Source: the human T2T-CHM13v2.0 reference genome, Homo sapiens. From it: a stretch of DNA of 64,000 nt. The stretch lies in assembly GCF_009914755.1 (NCBI RefSeq), contig NC_060947.1, one strand, 5' to 3'. The translations under genes were made by a program, and so were the position numbers. The notes under the pieces are model-generated. The model made no database searches. It was given only the letters and a program-made list of their open reading frames with translations, and had not been told where the DNA came from. Below, piece after piece: positions 43,617 to 56,752 of the stretch (position 1 is its first letter; every line of letters starts with the position of its first letter).

Positions 43617-46465
43617 CACAATTAGAAATGACAAAGATGATATTATAAATTATCCCATAGAAATGCAACAGATCTTCAGAGAATAATTTGAACAATTCTA
43701 TTCACATAAATTAGAAAATCCAGAGGACATGAGCAAATTCCTGAAATCACACAATGTCTCAATATTGAATCAAGAAGAGATCAAAACCTTGAATAGACCA
43801 ATATCCTGCTCTGAGATTGAATCAGTAATTTGAAAACCTACCAACAAAAAACAGCCCTGGACCACATGAATTCACAGCTGAATTGTATCAGACATGCAAA
43901 GAAGAACTGGTACCAATCCTATTGAACTATTCCAAAAATCAAGGAGAAGGGGCTTCTCCCTAACTCCTTCTATGAAGCCATCAGCAGTCTGATACAAAAA
44001 TCTGACAGAGACACAACAATAAAAGAAAACTTCAGGCTGCTATCCCTATTGAACATAGACACAAAAATCCTCAGCAAAATACTGGCAAACTATATCCAGC
44101 AGCACATCAAAAAGTAAATACATCATGATCAAGTAGGCTTTATTTGTGAAATCTAAGGCTCTTTCTAACATATGCAAATCAATAAGTGTGATTCACTGCA
44201 TAAAAGTATCAAAAGCAAAAACCATATGATCATTGCAATAGATGCAGAAAAAGCTTTCAATAAAATCCAACATCTCTTCACCATAAAAACTCTCTGTAGA
44301 CTAGGCATCAAAATAACATACCTCAAAATAATAAGCGCTATCTATGGCAAACCCACAGCCAACATCACACCGGATAGGTAAAAACTGGAACCATTTACTT
44401 GAGAACTGTATCAAGACAAGGTTTTTCTCTCTTACCACTCCTATTCAACATAGTACTGGAAGTTTTAGCCAGAGCAATCAGGCAAGAGAAAGAAATAAAA
44501 AGCATCCAAATAGGAAAAAAAGAAGTCAAACTATCTCTCTTTCCTGATGATATGATTCTATACCTAGGAAACTCTAAAGACGACTCTTCCAAAAGGATCC
44601 AAGAACTGATAAACAACTTTACTAAAGTTTCAGGATACAAAATCAATGTACAAAAATCAGTAGCATATCTATACCCCAATAACATCAAGGCTGAGAGTCA
44701 AGTCAAATCAATAACATAATCTTATTTACAATAGCCACAAAGAAAATGAAATACCTAGAAATACAGCACTAGAGGTACAGGAAAATCTCTACAAGGAGAA
44801 CTGCAAATCACTGCGGAAAGAAATCACAGACCACACAGATAAAAAGAAAAACATTCCATCCTGATTGATTGGAAAAATCAATGTCATTAAAATGGCCATA
44901 CTGCCAAAAGCTATTTACAGAATTGATGGTATTCCAATTAAACTACCAATGTCATTCTTCAAATAATTAGAAATGACTACTGTAAAATTCATATAGAACC
45001 AAAAAAGAGCCTGAATAGCCAAAGCAATCCTAAGCAAAAAGAACAAAGCTGGAGGCATCATATTACCCAACTTCAAACTATAGTGTAAGACTAGAGTAAT
45101 CAAAACAGCATGGTACTAGTACAAAAATAGATACATAGACCAATGGAACAGGATAGAAAATCCAATAATAAAGCTTCACATCTACAGCCATTTGATCTTC
45201 GACAAGGCAGACAAAAGCAATGGCAAAAGGACGCCCTGTTCCATATATGGTGCTGTGATAACTGGCTAGCCACATGCAGAAGAAAGAAATTGGACCACTC
45301 CTTTTCACCATATACAAAAATTAACTGTAGATGAATTATGAATTTAAATGTAAGGCCTCATACTCTAAAAATCCTAGAAGAAAACCTAAGAAATACCCTG
45401 TCTACATCAACCTGGGCAAAAAAATTTTGGCTAAGTACCATTGCAACAAAATAAAAAATGTGGGAATTAATTAAGTTAAATAACTTTTGCACAGCAAAAG
45501 TAACTATCAACAGAGTGACCAGACAATCCATAGAATGGGAGAAAATATTCACAAACTATGCATCTCACAAAGGTCTAATATCCAGAATCTATAAGGAAAT
45601 TAAATTAACAAACAAAAAACAAACAACTCCATTAAAATGTCGGCAAAGGACATGAACAGACACTTCTCAAAAGAAGACATACAAGCAGCTGACAATCATT
45701 TGAAAAAATGCTCAACATTACTAATTATCGGAGAAATGGAAATCAAAACCACAATGAGATACCATCTCATAACAGTCAGAATGGCTATTATAAAAAGTAA
45801 AAAACAACCAATGCTGGCAATGAAGCAGGGAAAAGAGAACACTTATACATTGTTGGTGGGAATGTAAATTAGTTCAGCCACTGCAGAAATCGGTTTGGAG
45901 GTTTCTCAATAAAAGAGAAGTATCATTTGACCCAGCAATCACATTGCTAGGTATATTTCCGAAAGAAAATAAATTATTCTACCAAAAGGACATATGCAAT
46001 CATATGTTGATTGCAGCACTATTCACAATAGCAAAGACATGAAATCAATCTAGGTGCTCATCAATGTTGGATTGGATAAAGAAAATGTGGTACATACACA
46101 CCATGGAATACTATGCAGTCATTAAAAAAAGACAACTCATGTTCTTTGTAGCAACATGGTTGCAAGTAGAGGCCACTGTCCTAAGTGAATTCACACAGGA
46201 ACAGCAAAGAAAATACCACATGTTCTCACTTACAAGTGGGAGCTAAACATTGAGCACATATGGAAATAAAGATGACAAGAGTAGACACTGGGGACTACCT
46301 GATGTGGGAAGGAGGGAGGGGAACATGGGGTGAAAAACTACCTATAGGGTACTATGCTTAGCACCTGGGTGATGGATCCGTACCCCAAACCTTAGCATCA
46401 TGTAATATACTCATGTAAAAAATCTGCTCATGTACTTCCTGTATCTAAAATAAAAGTTGAAACAA
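43617..46465 (+). mobile_element. 5'-truncated L1 (L1PA15-17-like), ~2.85 kb
   Basis: Degenerate ORF2 RT/C-terminal peptides; 3'UTR GAAAAACTACCTATAGGGTACTATGC...CTAAAATAAAAGTTGAAA. Confidence 0.9.
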
Positions 46466-46845
46466 CAAAAGCAATAATTACAGAAGATAGTCATCTCAAG
46501 GGAGAAAGTTACAACTAGGCATATATCCCTTCACATATCTACAAATTCTCAGGTAAATTCTGACTTCAAAATTTTTATCACAAAGGACAATAACAGAAAC
46601 AGAGAGAAGAAAGGGATTTACTCTCATATGACATGTAGAATTTATGGCATTAGCAGTGAGAAAAACAGAAATAAAGACTTAAAATATGAGGTACAGTTGG
46701 CACACTTTGTTCTTCACTGCCTTCGTCATGTACACGTACATAGTGTAAAACCTCATTAACACAAACTCCATTAATTTGGGATCTGTAATAATCTCAACCT
46801 ACCCAATCTGAATGTACATCTGTACTATGGAGACAAACACAGGTG

Positions 46846-46867
46846 CACACACACACACACACACACA
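46846..46867. repeat. (CA)n microsatellite
   Basis: Directly visible. Confidence 0.9.
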
Positions 46868-48708
46868 GAGCCTGATCAGCACATAAACAAGACTAAGTGA
46901 GAATATTAAAAGAATCCCCACTTTTGCTGAAGCTTTTGTGTACAACAAACATGCTAATCACAAATGATTATTTATTCACTAAAGCTAATTACAAAATTTT
47001 GTTAAGACTTGAGGCCAAGTTCTTTTTACTTCTCTCCTGAGATAATTAAACTGCTTTTATTTTAGCATTTTGTTTAACTTAGCTAGGGCTTACCCTCCAA
47101 AGAACTGATGAATTAGTCTATCAGGACTAATCTGAATGAATTTGACTATCTGGACATGTGTGCATACACTATTCCATATGGCCAAACGATAAACTCATTT
47201 GTCAGGGTTTAGGCAGAATTTTTTTTCCCTCTCTCCAATAGTGTTTCAAAGGCTAAACATCTTTTTGTGGTATTGCTTTCACGATGGAGGACTTTATATA
47301 CATGAGGTTTTAAATGCACTTTATTTATTATAGGCTATGAATGCACTCTGTACCACAGGACTCCCTAACGAGAAGTTGGCTACCCCACAGTTTGGGTCTG
47401 GTGGGCCAGGGCAGCACAGTCTGCTGGCCTGTAATAGAAAATCAAACAGGTCATTTCACAGCCATCAAGCACATGCAGAGCTGCCTTACTGGTTTATATC
47501 CCTCTGTCTTTTAGGATATAAAATCATTTCTTACTTTATAAAAACATTACTCTTTCTTATATAATCATTTAATTTACATATACAGGTTACACTTAGTAAA
47601 AATATATGAACCAAAATTGCAACAAAATTCCAAAACTATAAACGACCTTTTCAGAATGCACTTTCTTTCCACCTCTCTCTTGAAAGGCTTCATTGCTTTT
47701 AGGACAGGAGATATTACTTCTGAACTCAAGATTTAAAGCATTTTCTTCAGCCCATAATAAAAGTAATAAAGCTTTTTATTGTAAAAAAGACTGTAAATAT
47801 ATTTAGCAATAATTTCAACAACTCAGAAGTGGTTCAATTTCTACAGTGGGAAATATGAGTCTCATGACATTTAGGTGCTACCAAGAATTTCCACTATTGA
47901 TCTCTCTACCCTTGGTAATGTTGAGCTACAATTATTGTAGAGAAAGATTCACTAAAGAGAATAATGTAGCAAATTCTTTCTTAAGTCAAGTATATAAGCA
48001 CAAAAGTGAGAGGGAGAGATGGGGAAATAATTTCTCCTTTTCCAAAGTTTTGGCAAAATGTCTATTTGTATAGAGAAGGAAGAAGATAGAGTTTTGAGCT
48101 GCCAACTGGATTGCAATTGAAACCAGAGCTCTAGATGAGAAATAAAATAAAAAAGCAGAGGTGTTAGACTCTTTAGGACAATGCAGTATTCACATAGTTG
48201 AGTGGTAGTCAGAAATTGCCAAGGCCTGCAACAGCCTGGTATAAGGAAAGTGGGAAGGAGTTCTCAGAGTTGAAGGAAAGGGGCTATAAAGTTATCTGGT
48301 AGTACTGGTGTTTCTTTGGCTCAAAGGCTTTGCTCCATATTTTTCTTTCTTAAAATCAAAAGTTACCAGGAGGAACTCAAAATCTTCCAAATCTAATCAT
48401 TTTTCCTGTGATTTTCATTATAAATGTTCTCTGAATATAGGAAAGATGCAAGATGCATTTGGAAAGAATATCCTTTGAAAACAAACTCTAGGCATAAATT
48501 GAGTCATTGCTTAATCATGAAGGACTTTAAAAAATCCTGATTTTATAGTTATAGCTTAAGTTTTTGCTTTGTTTTAAGGCGCTTTCAAGAAACCTGAGAA
48601 AATTACTAAAGAAATTTTGGGGTTAACATTAAAAAAAATTTACTAGTTTGAAGGGACCAATTTGGATTTCCAAAATGGTTTGAAAATATGAGGTTCATCT
48701 GAATAAAT

Positions 48709-48748
48709 TACCTTCAGTTAACTGAAGGTACTTTAGGTAACTGAAGGT
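48709..48748. repeat. 22-bp perfect palindrome plus an extra direct copy of one arm
   Basis: TACCTTCAGTT|AACTGAAGGTA at 48709-48730; TAACTGAAGGT again at 48738-48748. Confidence 0.9.
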
Positions 48749-49117
48749 CAGAGAGGTTAAGTTTTCCAGTATTAAAGAGCTATAAGACAACTTTAGTTGA
48801 TTATAGAATTTATCAGAGCTTGCATTTTATATAGTTTTGAAATAACACGGCAGGCAGTATTATGCCTGAACATTTATATTCCTTGGTTGCTTGAATCTGC
48901 TTGCTTCTTCAGATCCACCTCTTCTTCTCTGTTATCAAAGCTATTATATGTCACTTCAAGCACAGATCATGATTACAATTCTAGCAGGTTTTCTAGTCTC
49001 TTTCTCGCTCTCTTTCAGAATTAAAGTGTATATCTATTATGGAAACTAATGCAATCTTTTTCAAACTTTATTTTCACCAACCTAACCCCATACTAAGGTT
49101 ACTTACTGTCATGTAAG

Positions 49118-49250
49118 GAGGGTAACCATATATCTCAGATTGCCCAGGATGGTCCTGATTTATACATGTCATCCTGGAACAATTATTAAGTATCCTCTTT
49201 CATTCTTAAAAATTTCCAGATGTGGGTAATAAATGATATGACTTTCCTAC
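49118..49250. mobile_element. MER94 hAT-Blackjack MITE
   Basis: AGGGTAACCATATATCTCAGATTGCCCAGGATGGTCC...AATTATTAA...TTTCATTCTTAAAA...ATATGACTTTCCTA. Confidence 0.7.
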
Positions 49251-49419
49251 ATATAACTTATTACTTCTGGATACATTACCTTATATCTCTCAGCCACAAT
49301 TACTTGGCATCTTACAAGCTAATCGACTTGCTGTTTCTCCTATGCATAACTACTGTCATGTAACTCTACCCTGCCTTCCTACACTTTGAGCCTTAATTAT
49401 AATCACTCCTTTACATAGA

Positions 49420-49545
49420 ATGTATTCATTCAACAAATGTTTGCTGAGCACCAGTTGTGTGTCTGTCACTGTTTTAAGTGCTGGAGTTAGAGCAGAAGCA
49501 GGACAGATAAGGTTTCTGCTGTCACAGAGCTTCTATAGTAGAGCA
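49420..49545 (-). mobile_element. L2 3' end
   Basis: ATTCATTCAACAAATGTTTGCTGAGCACC. Confidence 0.7.
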
Positions 49546-49745
49546 TCCATTGAGCAACTGGATACATGGTGAGGACTACTGTATTTGCTCACATATTTAC
49601 TCTCTTTGTTCATTGTCTTCTCTCTGATATTCCACCTTTTTGAAAAATTAATGAAGATTAGTGAAGATATGGTCAGTCCCATCTCCATGTTTCCCCTCAC
49701 AGTACACAGACAGGATCTGGCAACTACAGTGATGTGAAAATGCTG

Positions 49746-50365
49746 TGTAGAAGCCAAAGGGCTCCCTGAAGGCTCACTGAAAAAATCAACTCACAAAAGG
49801 CAGATTCATTGAAGAAAAGACATACAACTGTATTGAAGCCCCAGAGATACATAGGAAATTGTCCATTTTTATGATTTGGTTCAACAAAGTATGGACAGCC
49901 ATGCGGAAATATGATTGGACAAAAATGGTATGCTCTATTGCTAATAGCCTGAGTGGGGAAATCCAGCAAGGCCTGTCTGTCTAGATTCTTGGCCTCCCTG
50001 AGCATGCAATTCTTCCTCTGGGTATGGGGTAGGAACCTTTATGGAATGGGGTTCTTATTACCTACAGTCAAATAAGGTATATCAGATAATTTACTTATGG
50101 CCAGTCTTTACACAGAAAGATGGAGGGAAAGTTAGTGTAATATTTGTAGGTTTTACGGCTGGCTTTGGGGAAAAGGGGTTCTGGTTCTATGATCCATCTT
50201 GGGGAAAAGAGATTCTAGTTTCTATGACTAGCCTTAGGGGAGAATGGGACTGAGAGACATGAAGGCAGGAGAAGGACAGATAAAAACTTTTGCTTCTGAG
50301 GCTGCTTCTGAAGCCTTCATTTTAGGGTATTGCTTTTTGAGCGGCTTAGTGTGCCAATGGGAACA
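49746..50365 (-). mobile_element. MER39-type ERV1 solo LTR
   Basis: TTTTGCTTCTGAGGCTGCTTCTGAAGCCTTCATTTTAGGGTAT near the end; TG...CA termini; 4-bp TSD GCTG at 49742-49745 and 50366-50369. Confidence 0.82.
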
Positions 50366-52280
50366 GCTGCTTAGTGTGCCAATGGGAAGATCTCAGTGTG
50401 AAGCTCCAGGCTGCTAGGAGGAGCTGTATGTTAAGGATTATACTAAAAAAATATAATTCTCTTTCTGGAGTTCAAAGGAAGCAACAATATATACAGGGTT
50501 GCCACAAACATCATGCTTTGGAACATCATGGATCTAATTAAACATCATGTTCAACCCCTATTCCCACCCCTCAACACACACACACAGACATACACAGACA
50601 CACACACTTATTCTTTAAGAACAAAAATCTAGATGAAAGTATTTGACTGAGGAAAGAAGCAGTATTAGGAAATCTAGATAATAAAGCAAAAACTTCTGCA
50701 ACCTATGACCTTGTAACTTGGGATCAGCACTAGCACAGCAAAAGTGTGTGAGTTGAGATCAAAAATGCCATAAACGTCATCAAAAATTACACATTTCTTG
50801 TTTGCTTCATTCTGCCTATTTACATGCATTTTAGGGTGAAACTATTGGGGTGGATAAAAGAGAGAGGTAAATGGGATATATTCATTTATACCCATGCAAT
50901 TTTGTAAGTTAGTTATGTTCCATGTTATATTTTGTTACTTGTTTGTTTCAACTTCAAACTCTTCAAGGGCAGGGACTATGCCTTCTAGCTTATTACTGCA
51001 TTCACTCATTCTGCTAATATTGAGTGCATACTATCTGATGGGCGCTTTGCTAGATGCTAGACACAGCAGTGGGTGAAAAAGACAAAAATTCCTGCCATCA
51101 TTATTAACCAGAGCATTTCCCACAATGTGTCTGCCCATGAACAAAGGTCTTGACTAAACACCCCACACAAGGAATCAAGATGAAAGAAATGGTTTTGATT
51201 GCCCATTTCTTATATTTATTTCTGAGATTAAGCTGCTATTAAATATGAAAGACTAGTTGCCTTCTCATTTGTCCACCCTTGTAATATTCTTAGCTTCTCG
51301 GCAAAGTTTTATATGAGGTGGTAAGGGGCTCCACATATAGAGTGTTATTAGGCTCATTCTAATTCAATTTCCCTTTCTAAAATAGAAAGTTGTAGGAAGG
51401 AAGTGGGTGGGTCTGGGAAGATAGATAACATTTATTAAGTATTCATTTTGTTCAGATACTATGCTAAGTGCTTTATTATGTCAGCTAATAATAATACTCT
51501 TTATTTACCTCAAGGAGGTTGTCGGGCTTTAAAACATAACAACCACTTCCCAGTTTCAAGGTAACAAAAGACACTCCATGAAACAAATTCATGTGTATGT
51601 ATCATCACATTTTGATAACACTAATGTGTTTTTGTAACCTTACTTACATTACTTTGTATTTATCGGGTTAACATAATTTGGAAATAAGAAATCCATTTGA
51701 AAGTGGGAACTTCTGAGACAATGAATTATTCAAAATGATACTACAAATGTGGGAGATTAACACCAAAATATTTCATTCACTTTTATCATCCTGAACAATA
51801 CAGATATTCAGAATGGTAACTACAGATTATTTTCAAATTGTGAGAATAAATTGGAAATGTAGTGAATTGGAAATAGTTTATGATAATAATTGTATCATAT
51901 GGCCATCTAATTAATTTTTTAGAGAAATATGAAAAATAGGAGGCATATCAGAAAATGAAGGCTTAGATTATAAAGTAATCTCACCTGCATTTACTTTACA
52001 CAGGCAAGCCATGTCACCTACCTAAGCAGTCTCGCTCCCTGTCATCACTATTTTGTGTTCAACATCTCTTTCACCCTTCAGTGCCCAGAGGTCCCTTCTT
52101 CTCAATCATTGTCACACTTAGCTTTACCCTCCTAGGCCTTAGGCCTTCATGGCAAACTGAAAGGCCTCCAGGGGCTTGGCAGATACCATAATGAAGTTAC
52201 ACCTGGTATGAGAGACATGGGATATGGTAGGGACTATAGAAAAAGCGAGAACAAATACCCTTTTAAAAGTAGCAGCTCTC

Positions 52281-52919
52281 CTTCTGCACAGCAAGAGAAA
52301 TAATCAGCAGAGTTAACAGACAACCCACAGAGCGGGAAAAAACATTCACAATCTATACATCCAACAAAGTAATAATATCCAGAATCTACAAAAAACTCAA
52401 ATCAGGAAGAACTAAACAAACAATCCCATCAAAACATGGGCTAAGGATATGAATGGACAATTCTCAAAAGAAGATATGCAAATGGCCAACAAGCATATGG
52501 AAATGTTCAACATCATTAATTATCAGGGAAATGCAAATCCAAACCACAATGTGATACCATTTCACTCCTGCAAGAATGGCCGTAATAAAAAAAAAATCAT
52601 AAAATAATAGATGTTGGCAAGGATGTGGTGAAAAGGGAACACTTTAGCATTGCTAGTGGGAATGTAAACTAGTACAACCACGAAGGAAAATAGTGTGGAG
52701 ATTCCTTAAAGAATTAAAAGTAGATCTACTATTTGATCCAGCAATCCCACTACTAGGTATCTACTCAGGGGAAAGAAGTCATTATACAAAAAAGATACTT
52801 GCACAAGCATGTTTATAGCAGCACAATTTGCAATTGCAAATATATGGAACCAGCCCAAATGCCCATCAATCAACAAGTGGATAAAGAAAATGTGGTGTGT
52901 GTGTGTGTGTGTGTATATG

Positions 52920-52961
<42 letters not shown>

Positions 52962-53338
52962 ATAGACTACTACTCAGCCATAAAAAGGAACAAAATAATG
53001 GCATTCGCAGCAACCTGTATAGAATTGGAGACTATTATTTCAAGTTCAGTAACTCAGGAATGGAAAACCAAACATCATATGTTCTCAATCATAAGTGGGA
53101 GCTAAGCTATGAGGACACAAAGGCATAGGAATGACACAATGGACTCTGGGGACTCGGGCGAAAGGGTGGGAGCAGAGCAAGAGGTAAAAGACTACACATT
53201 GTGTACAGGATACACTAATCGGGAGCTGGGTGCACCAAAATCTCAGAAATCACTACAAAAGAACTTATTCATGTAACCAAACACCACCTGTTCCCCAAAA
53301 ACCTATTGAAATTACAAAATAAAATTTAAAAAACTTTA
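52281..53338 (+). mobile_element. 5'-truncated L1PB1/2, ~1.06 kb
   Basis: 3'UTR CACCAAAATCTCAGAAATCACTAC...CCACCTGTTCCCCAAAAACCTATTGAAAT; 16-bp TSD AAAAGTAGCA[G/T]CTCTC at 52265-52280 and 53339-53354. Confidence 0.92.
52895..52960. repeat. Compound (GT)10-ATATGTAT-(AC)19 inverted microsatellite
   Basis: Directly visible inside the L1PB. Confidence 0.95.
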
Positions 53339-54034
53339 AAAAGTAGCATCTCTCATGAAAGAATGCTGACCTAGGGCTTTTAGGTCTGATTTTTCAACAG
53401 AAACTAGAAATCTAAGTTTGCAAGTGAATTCTCCCAATGTTTAAATGTTAGCTACTTTCCCACCACTACTCTAGATGACTGCTTTCATCTACTTTACTCT
53501 CCATCCATCTCTACCCACCAGAAAATACAAAGTCGTCTGTCCACATGTTCTACATTTCCATTCTTCATATCCTGCTTGGTGATCCTATTTACTAATCCTT
53601 GTTAAGGTGTTTACCATTGACAGTGCTTTAATGTACCTTCAAAACTACATTTGCATTTAAACTATGGCTAATGCTTTCTTTAGGAAGGAATTGATATCTA
53701 AGGGTAGCTGGCTATTAAGATAGATAGTTGTTTTAAAGAAGGAGGTACCACGAGTCCTCTCAAATCATAAGACATATAAGTTGATTGGCTATGGTTATAT
53801 GATAAGCTTTGCTCTGCTGCAGGCTAATGTTACAGGTGTGAATTGAGCTAGATTCAATTTCTAATACATTTACTCAGAATGTACTATGTGCCAGTCAGGA
53901 CTTTTTACTTTATAAAAGTGCTAAATCTTTTACTTATAGATTTTAAATAAGTTACAACATTTATAACTTTTTTTCTCTGAGAAAAATGCCTTATTTTGTG
54001 GAGGGTGGAATTTTGGTAAAAAGAATGGTAGGTT

Positions 54035-54321
54035 TGTCTCAGTTAGCTCTGGCTACCATAAGAAAATGCCATAGACTGGGTGGCATAAACAACAGAAATA
54101 TATTTTCTCACAGTTCTGGAGGCTAGCAAGGTGCTAGCATGGTCAGTTTCTGGTGATGACTCTCTTCCTGGCTTATAGACAGCTGCCTTCTCACTGATTC
54201 CTTACATGGCAAAAATAGGGGGCAGAGGAGGAGGAGGGTACAGAGGAAGGGGATACAGAGAGTGTGCATGTGCATGTGTGTATGTCTGTGGGTATGTGTG
54301 GTGTGTGCATGTGTGTATGAA

Positions 54322-54356
<35 letters not shown>

Positions 54357-54510
54357 ATGAGAGCGCCTGAGCGCCCAAGCATGAAGTGCCTTATAAGGGC
54401 ACTAATCCCATTAAGATGGTCTCACCTTCATGACCTCACCTAGAACCTAATTATCTCTCTAAAGCCCCATTTCTAAATATCATCACATTCAGGTTTAGTC
54501 TTCAACAAAT
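54035..54510 (-). mobile_element. MLT1A-type LTR with internal GA/TG low-complexity expansion
   Basis: CCATAGACTGGGTGGC...TTCTCACAGTTCTGGAGGCT...CTTATAAGGGCACTAATCCCATT. Confidence 0.8.
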
Positions 54511-55279
54511 AGTAGTACATGATATAAAAGATAGAAATCTTCATTTAAAATCTTAATTTCCCAATATGTAATAAGCTATTCATGAACACAAAAATATAAT
54601 ATCTGTTAATGAGCTATACTCTAATTGGTAAAAATTTTGCCATTAGAATTGTTTTCAATTGGGTTTGTTCCTAGAAAGGAATAGTAAATATGCTGGCTTT
54701 GCCTCTGTTTCTTTCATGTTCTTTCTCTTTTTTTTTTTTTTCATTAGTCTTTCTGAATCTAAGTTCATGGATGAATTTAACCAGGACACACAATAAAATC
54801 CATGGCTGAATTAAGAATCCTTTAGTCATCATAGATGCTTCCCAGCTTACCATTTTAGATATTATTGATATTTTATTTTCTATTATGTTTTTTGAATCCA
54901 TAGTTAGAGAAGGATCAAGAATGAAGACAAATTAAAATTTTGACACCCCAACCTGCAATAAGAAAATTTGTCAATAGAACAGGAACTAATATTTTATGCT
55001 AATTCCCCCTCTGTCTTGGTTTGCATTCAGTATGTTCTCAAATGGTCAATTAAAAAATGTTTGGCAATTACTATGAGCCTAATTCAATGCCAGGTACCAC
55101 AAAGTAAATAAAAATAGGTAAGGCACAGTGTCTGTTCTCAAGCAGTTTGAAGTCCATCTGGTGAAAGGAATTTATATGCACAAAATGCACAGAGAACCAT
55201 TAAATTCTAAGATAAGTGGTGCAGAATATCAAAGCAAGAGCAGTTCTGAAAAGCATATAGTCATTTTTCATATAGAATA

Positions 55280-55910
55280 GTTGCCAAAATGACTAAAAAT
55301 AAAGATGACTGACAATATCAAATGTTGGCAAGAATGTAGAACAACTGAACTCTCATTCATTGCTGGTGGGAGCATAAAACGGTACTAATACTTGGTGAAA
55401 GGTCTGATAGTTTCTTATAAAATTAAACATAATGGATGGACCTTGAAAAGCTTATGCTAGGTGAAATAAGCCAGACATAAAGGCCAAATATTGTATTAAT
55501 ATGATTCTACTTACACGAGGTACCTAGATTAGGCAAATCTATAGAGACAAAAAATAGAATAGAGGTTACAAGGAGTTGGGGGTGGGGCAATGGGGTATTT
55601 AAATAGGTGCAGTGCTTCTGTTTGGAATGATTAAAAAAAGGTTCTGGAAACAGATAGGGATGATGGTTGCACAATACTGTGATTATACCTAATGCTACTG
55701 AATTGTACACTTAAAAATGGTTAAAATGGTGAATTTTGTGTTCTGTATATTTTACCATAAAACAAATCACAGTCACAAAGAATAGAATAAAATCAGAGTG
55801 TATCATAAAAAATAACCCCCCAAACCAAAACAAAACCCTAAAATATAGCACTCCTGTTACTCAGTAATTCCAATTCTAGGTATTTATCTAAGAGAAAAAA
55901 AAATACGTCT
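55280..55910 (+). mobile_element. Old L1M fragment with nested L1MB 3' end (~55432-55765)
   Basis: CTGAACTCTCATTCATTGCTGGTGGGAG; ATGGATGGACCTTGAAAA...TACTGAATTGTACACTTAAAAATGGTTAAAATGGTGAATTTT. Confidence 0.75.
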
Positions 55911-56723
55911 AGACATCATGGCTACATAACCACTGCCACAATACAGACATCAAGTAATGAAAGTGTGGTGTGGCTAGGGTGGAATCAGTGGGAATGCTAT
56001 TAACCTTTAAGCTATGAATTCACGGTTACCATAGCCATTACTGTATATATCTTAATAAATTTGTTTCAAGAATTTTAGGGAGGACTATACATTTTTCTTA
56101 TAGAATAGTTTTACATGTACATGTATCATTTACTATAAACCTCTTTTGGTTGATACCAGGTGAGGTACTTGGTTTATATGTTCTTGACTAACATGAAGGG
56201 GGAACAGGATTTAGAAGTTCATCACTCTAATCATACTCACCAGAACCCTGTCTCCAAGAGGTATGAAGCAATGTAGAGTAGGAATTGTATAATATTAAAG
56301 GATCAAAAAGAGCCTACTAATAGTGAAGAGCTGTTAGGACTTAAAGTTGGACATATTGGGACGTGTTTTAGTAAACCAGCTATCGGAATACTGTATGTTG
56401 TAGGCCACCAAACATAAAGGAACAAGTAGATTGTGAAATGACTTGAGCACATAAAAAAGACTTGGAAAGAGGCCAGAGTGGAAGTAGTAATAAGAGATTT
56501 TAACTACCCAGGGATAGACTGGCAGCATTAAGTGGAAGAGACAAGACTGAAAGATTTTTATGGCTTCAGAACATGATTACCTTTTGACTCAATCTGTATG
56601 TCATCCACTATGATGAGCATGAGGCTAAGTAACATATGGCTGAATACCTACAAACATTGAAATATGTTGTGTTTTAGTCACAGCGCTTCTAGTGGTGAAT
56701 AGGAAAGGATGATAACGCTTGTT

Positions 56724-56752
56724 TTTTGTTTGTTTGTTTGTTTGTTTGTTTT
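56724..56752. repeat. (TTTG)n microsatellite
   Basis: Directly visible. Confidence 0.85.

Noticed and set aside
41310-46465. Twin-primed (5'-inverted) single L1 insertion
   Set aside because: Both arms have their own 3'UTR from different subfamilies and overlap in ORF2 coordinates.
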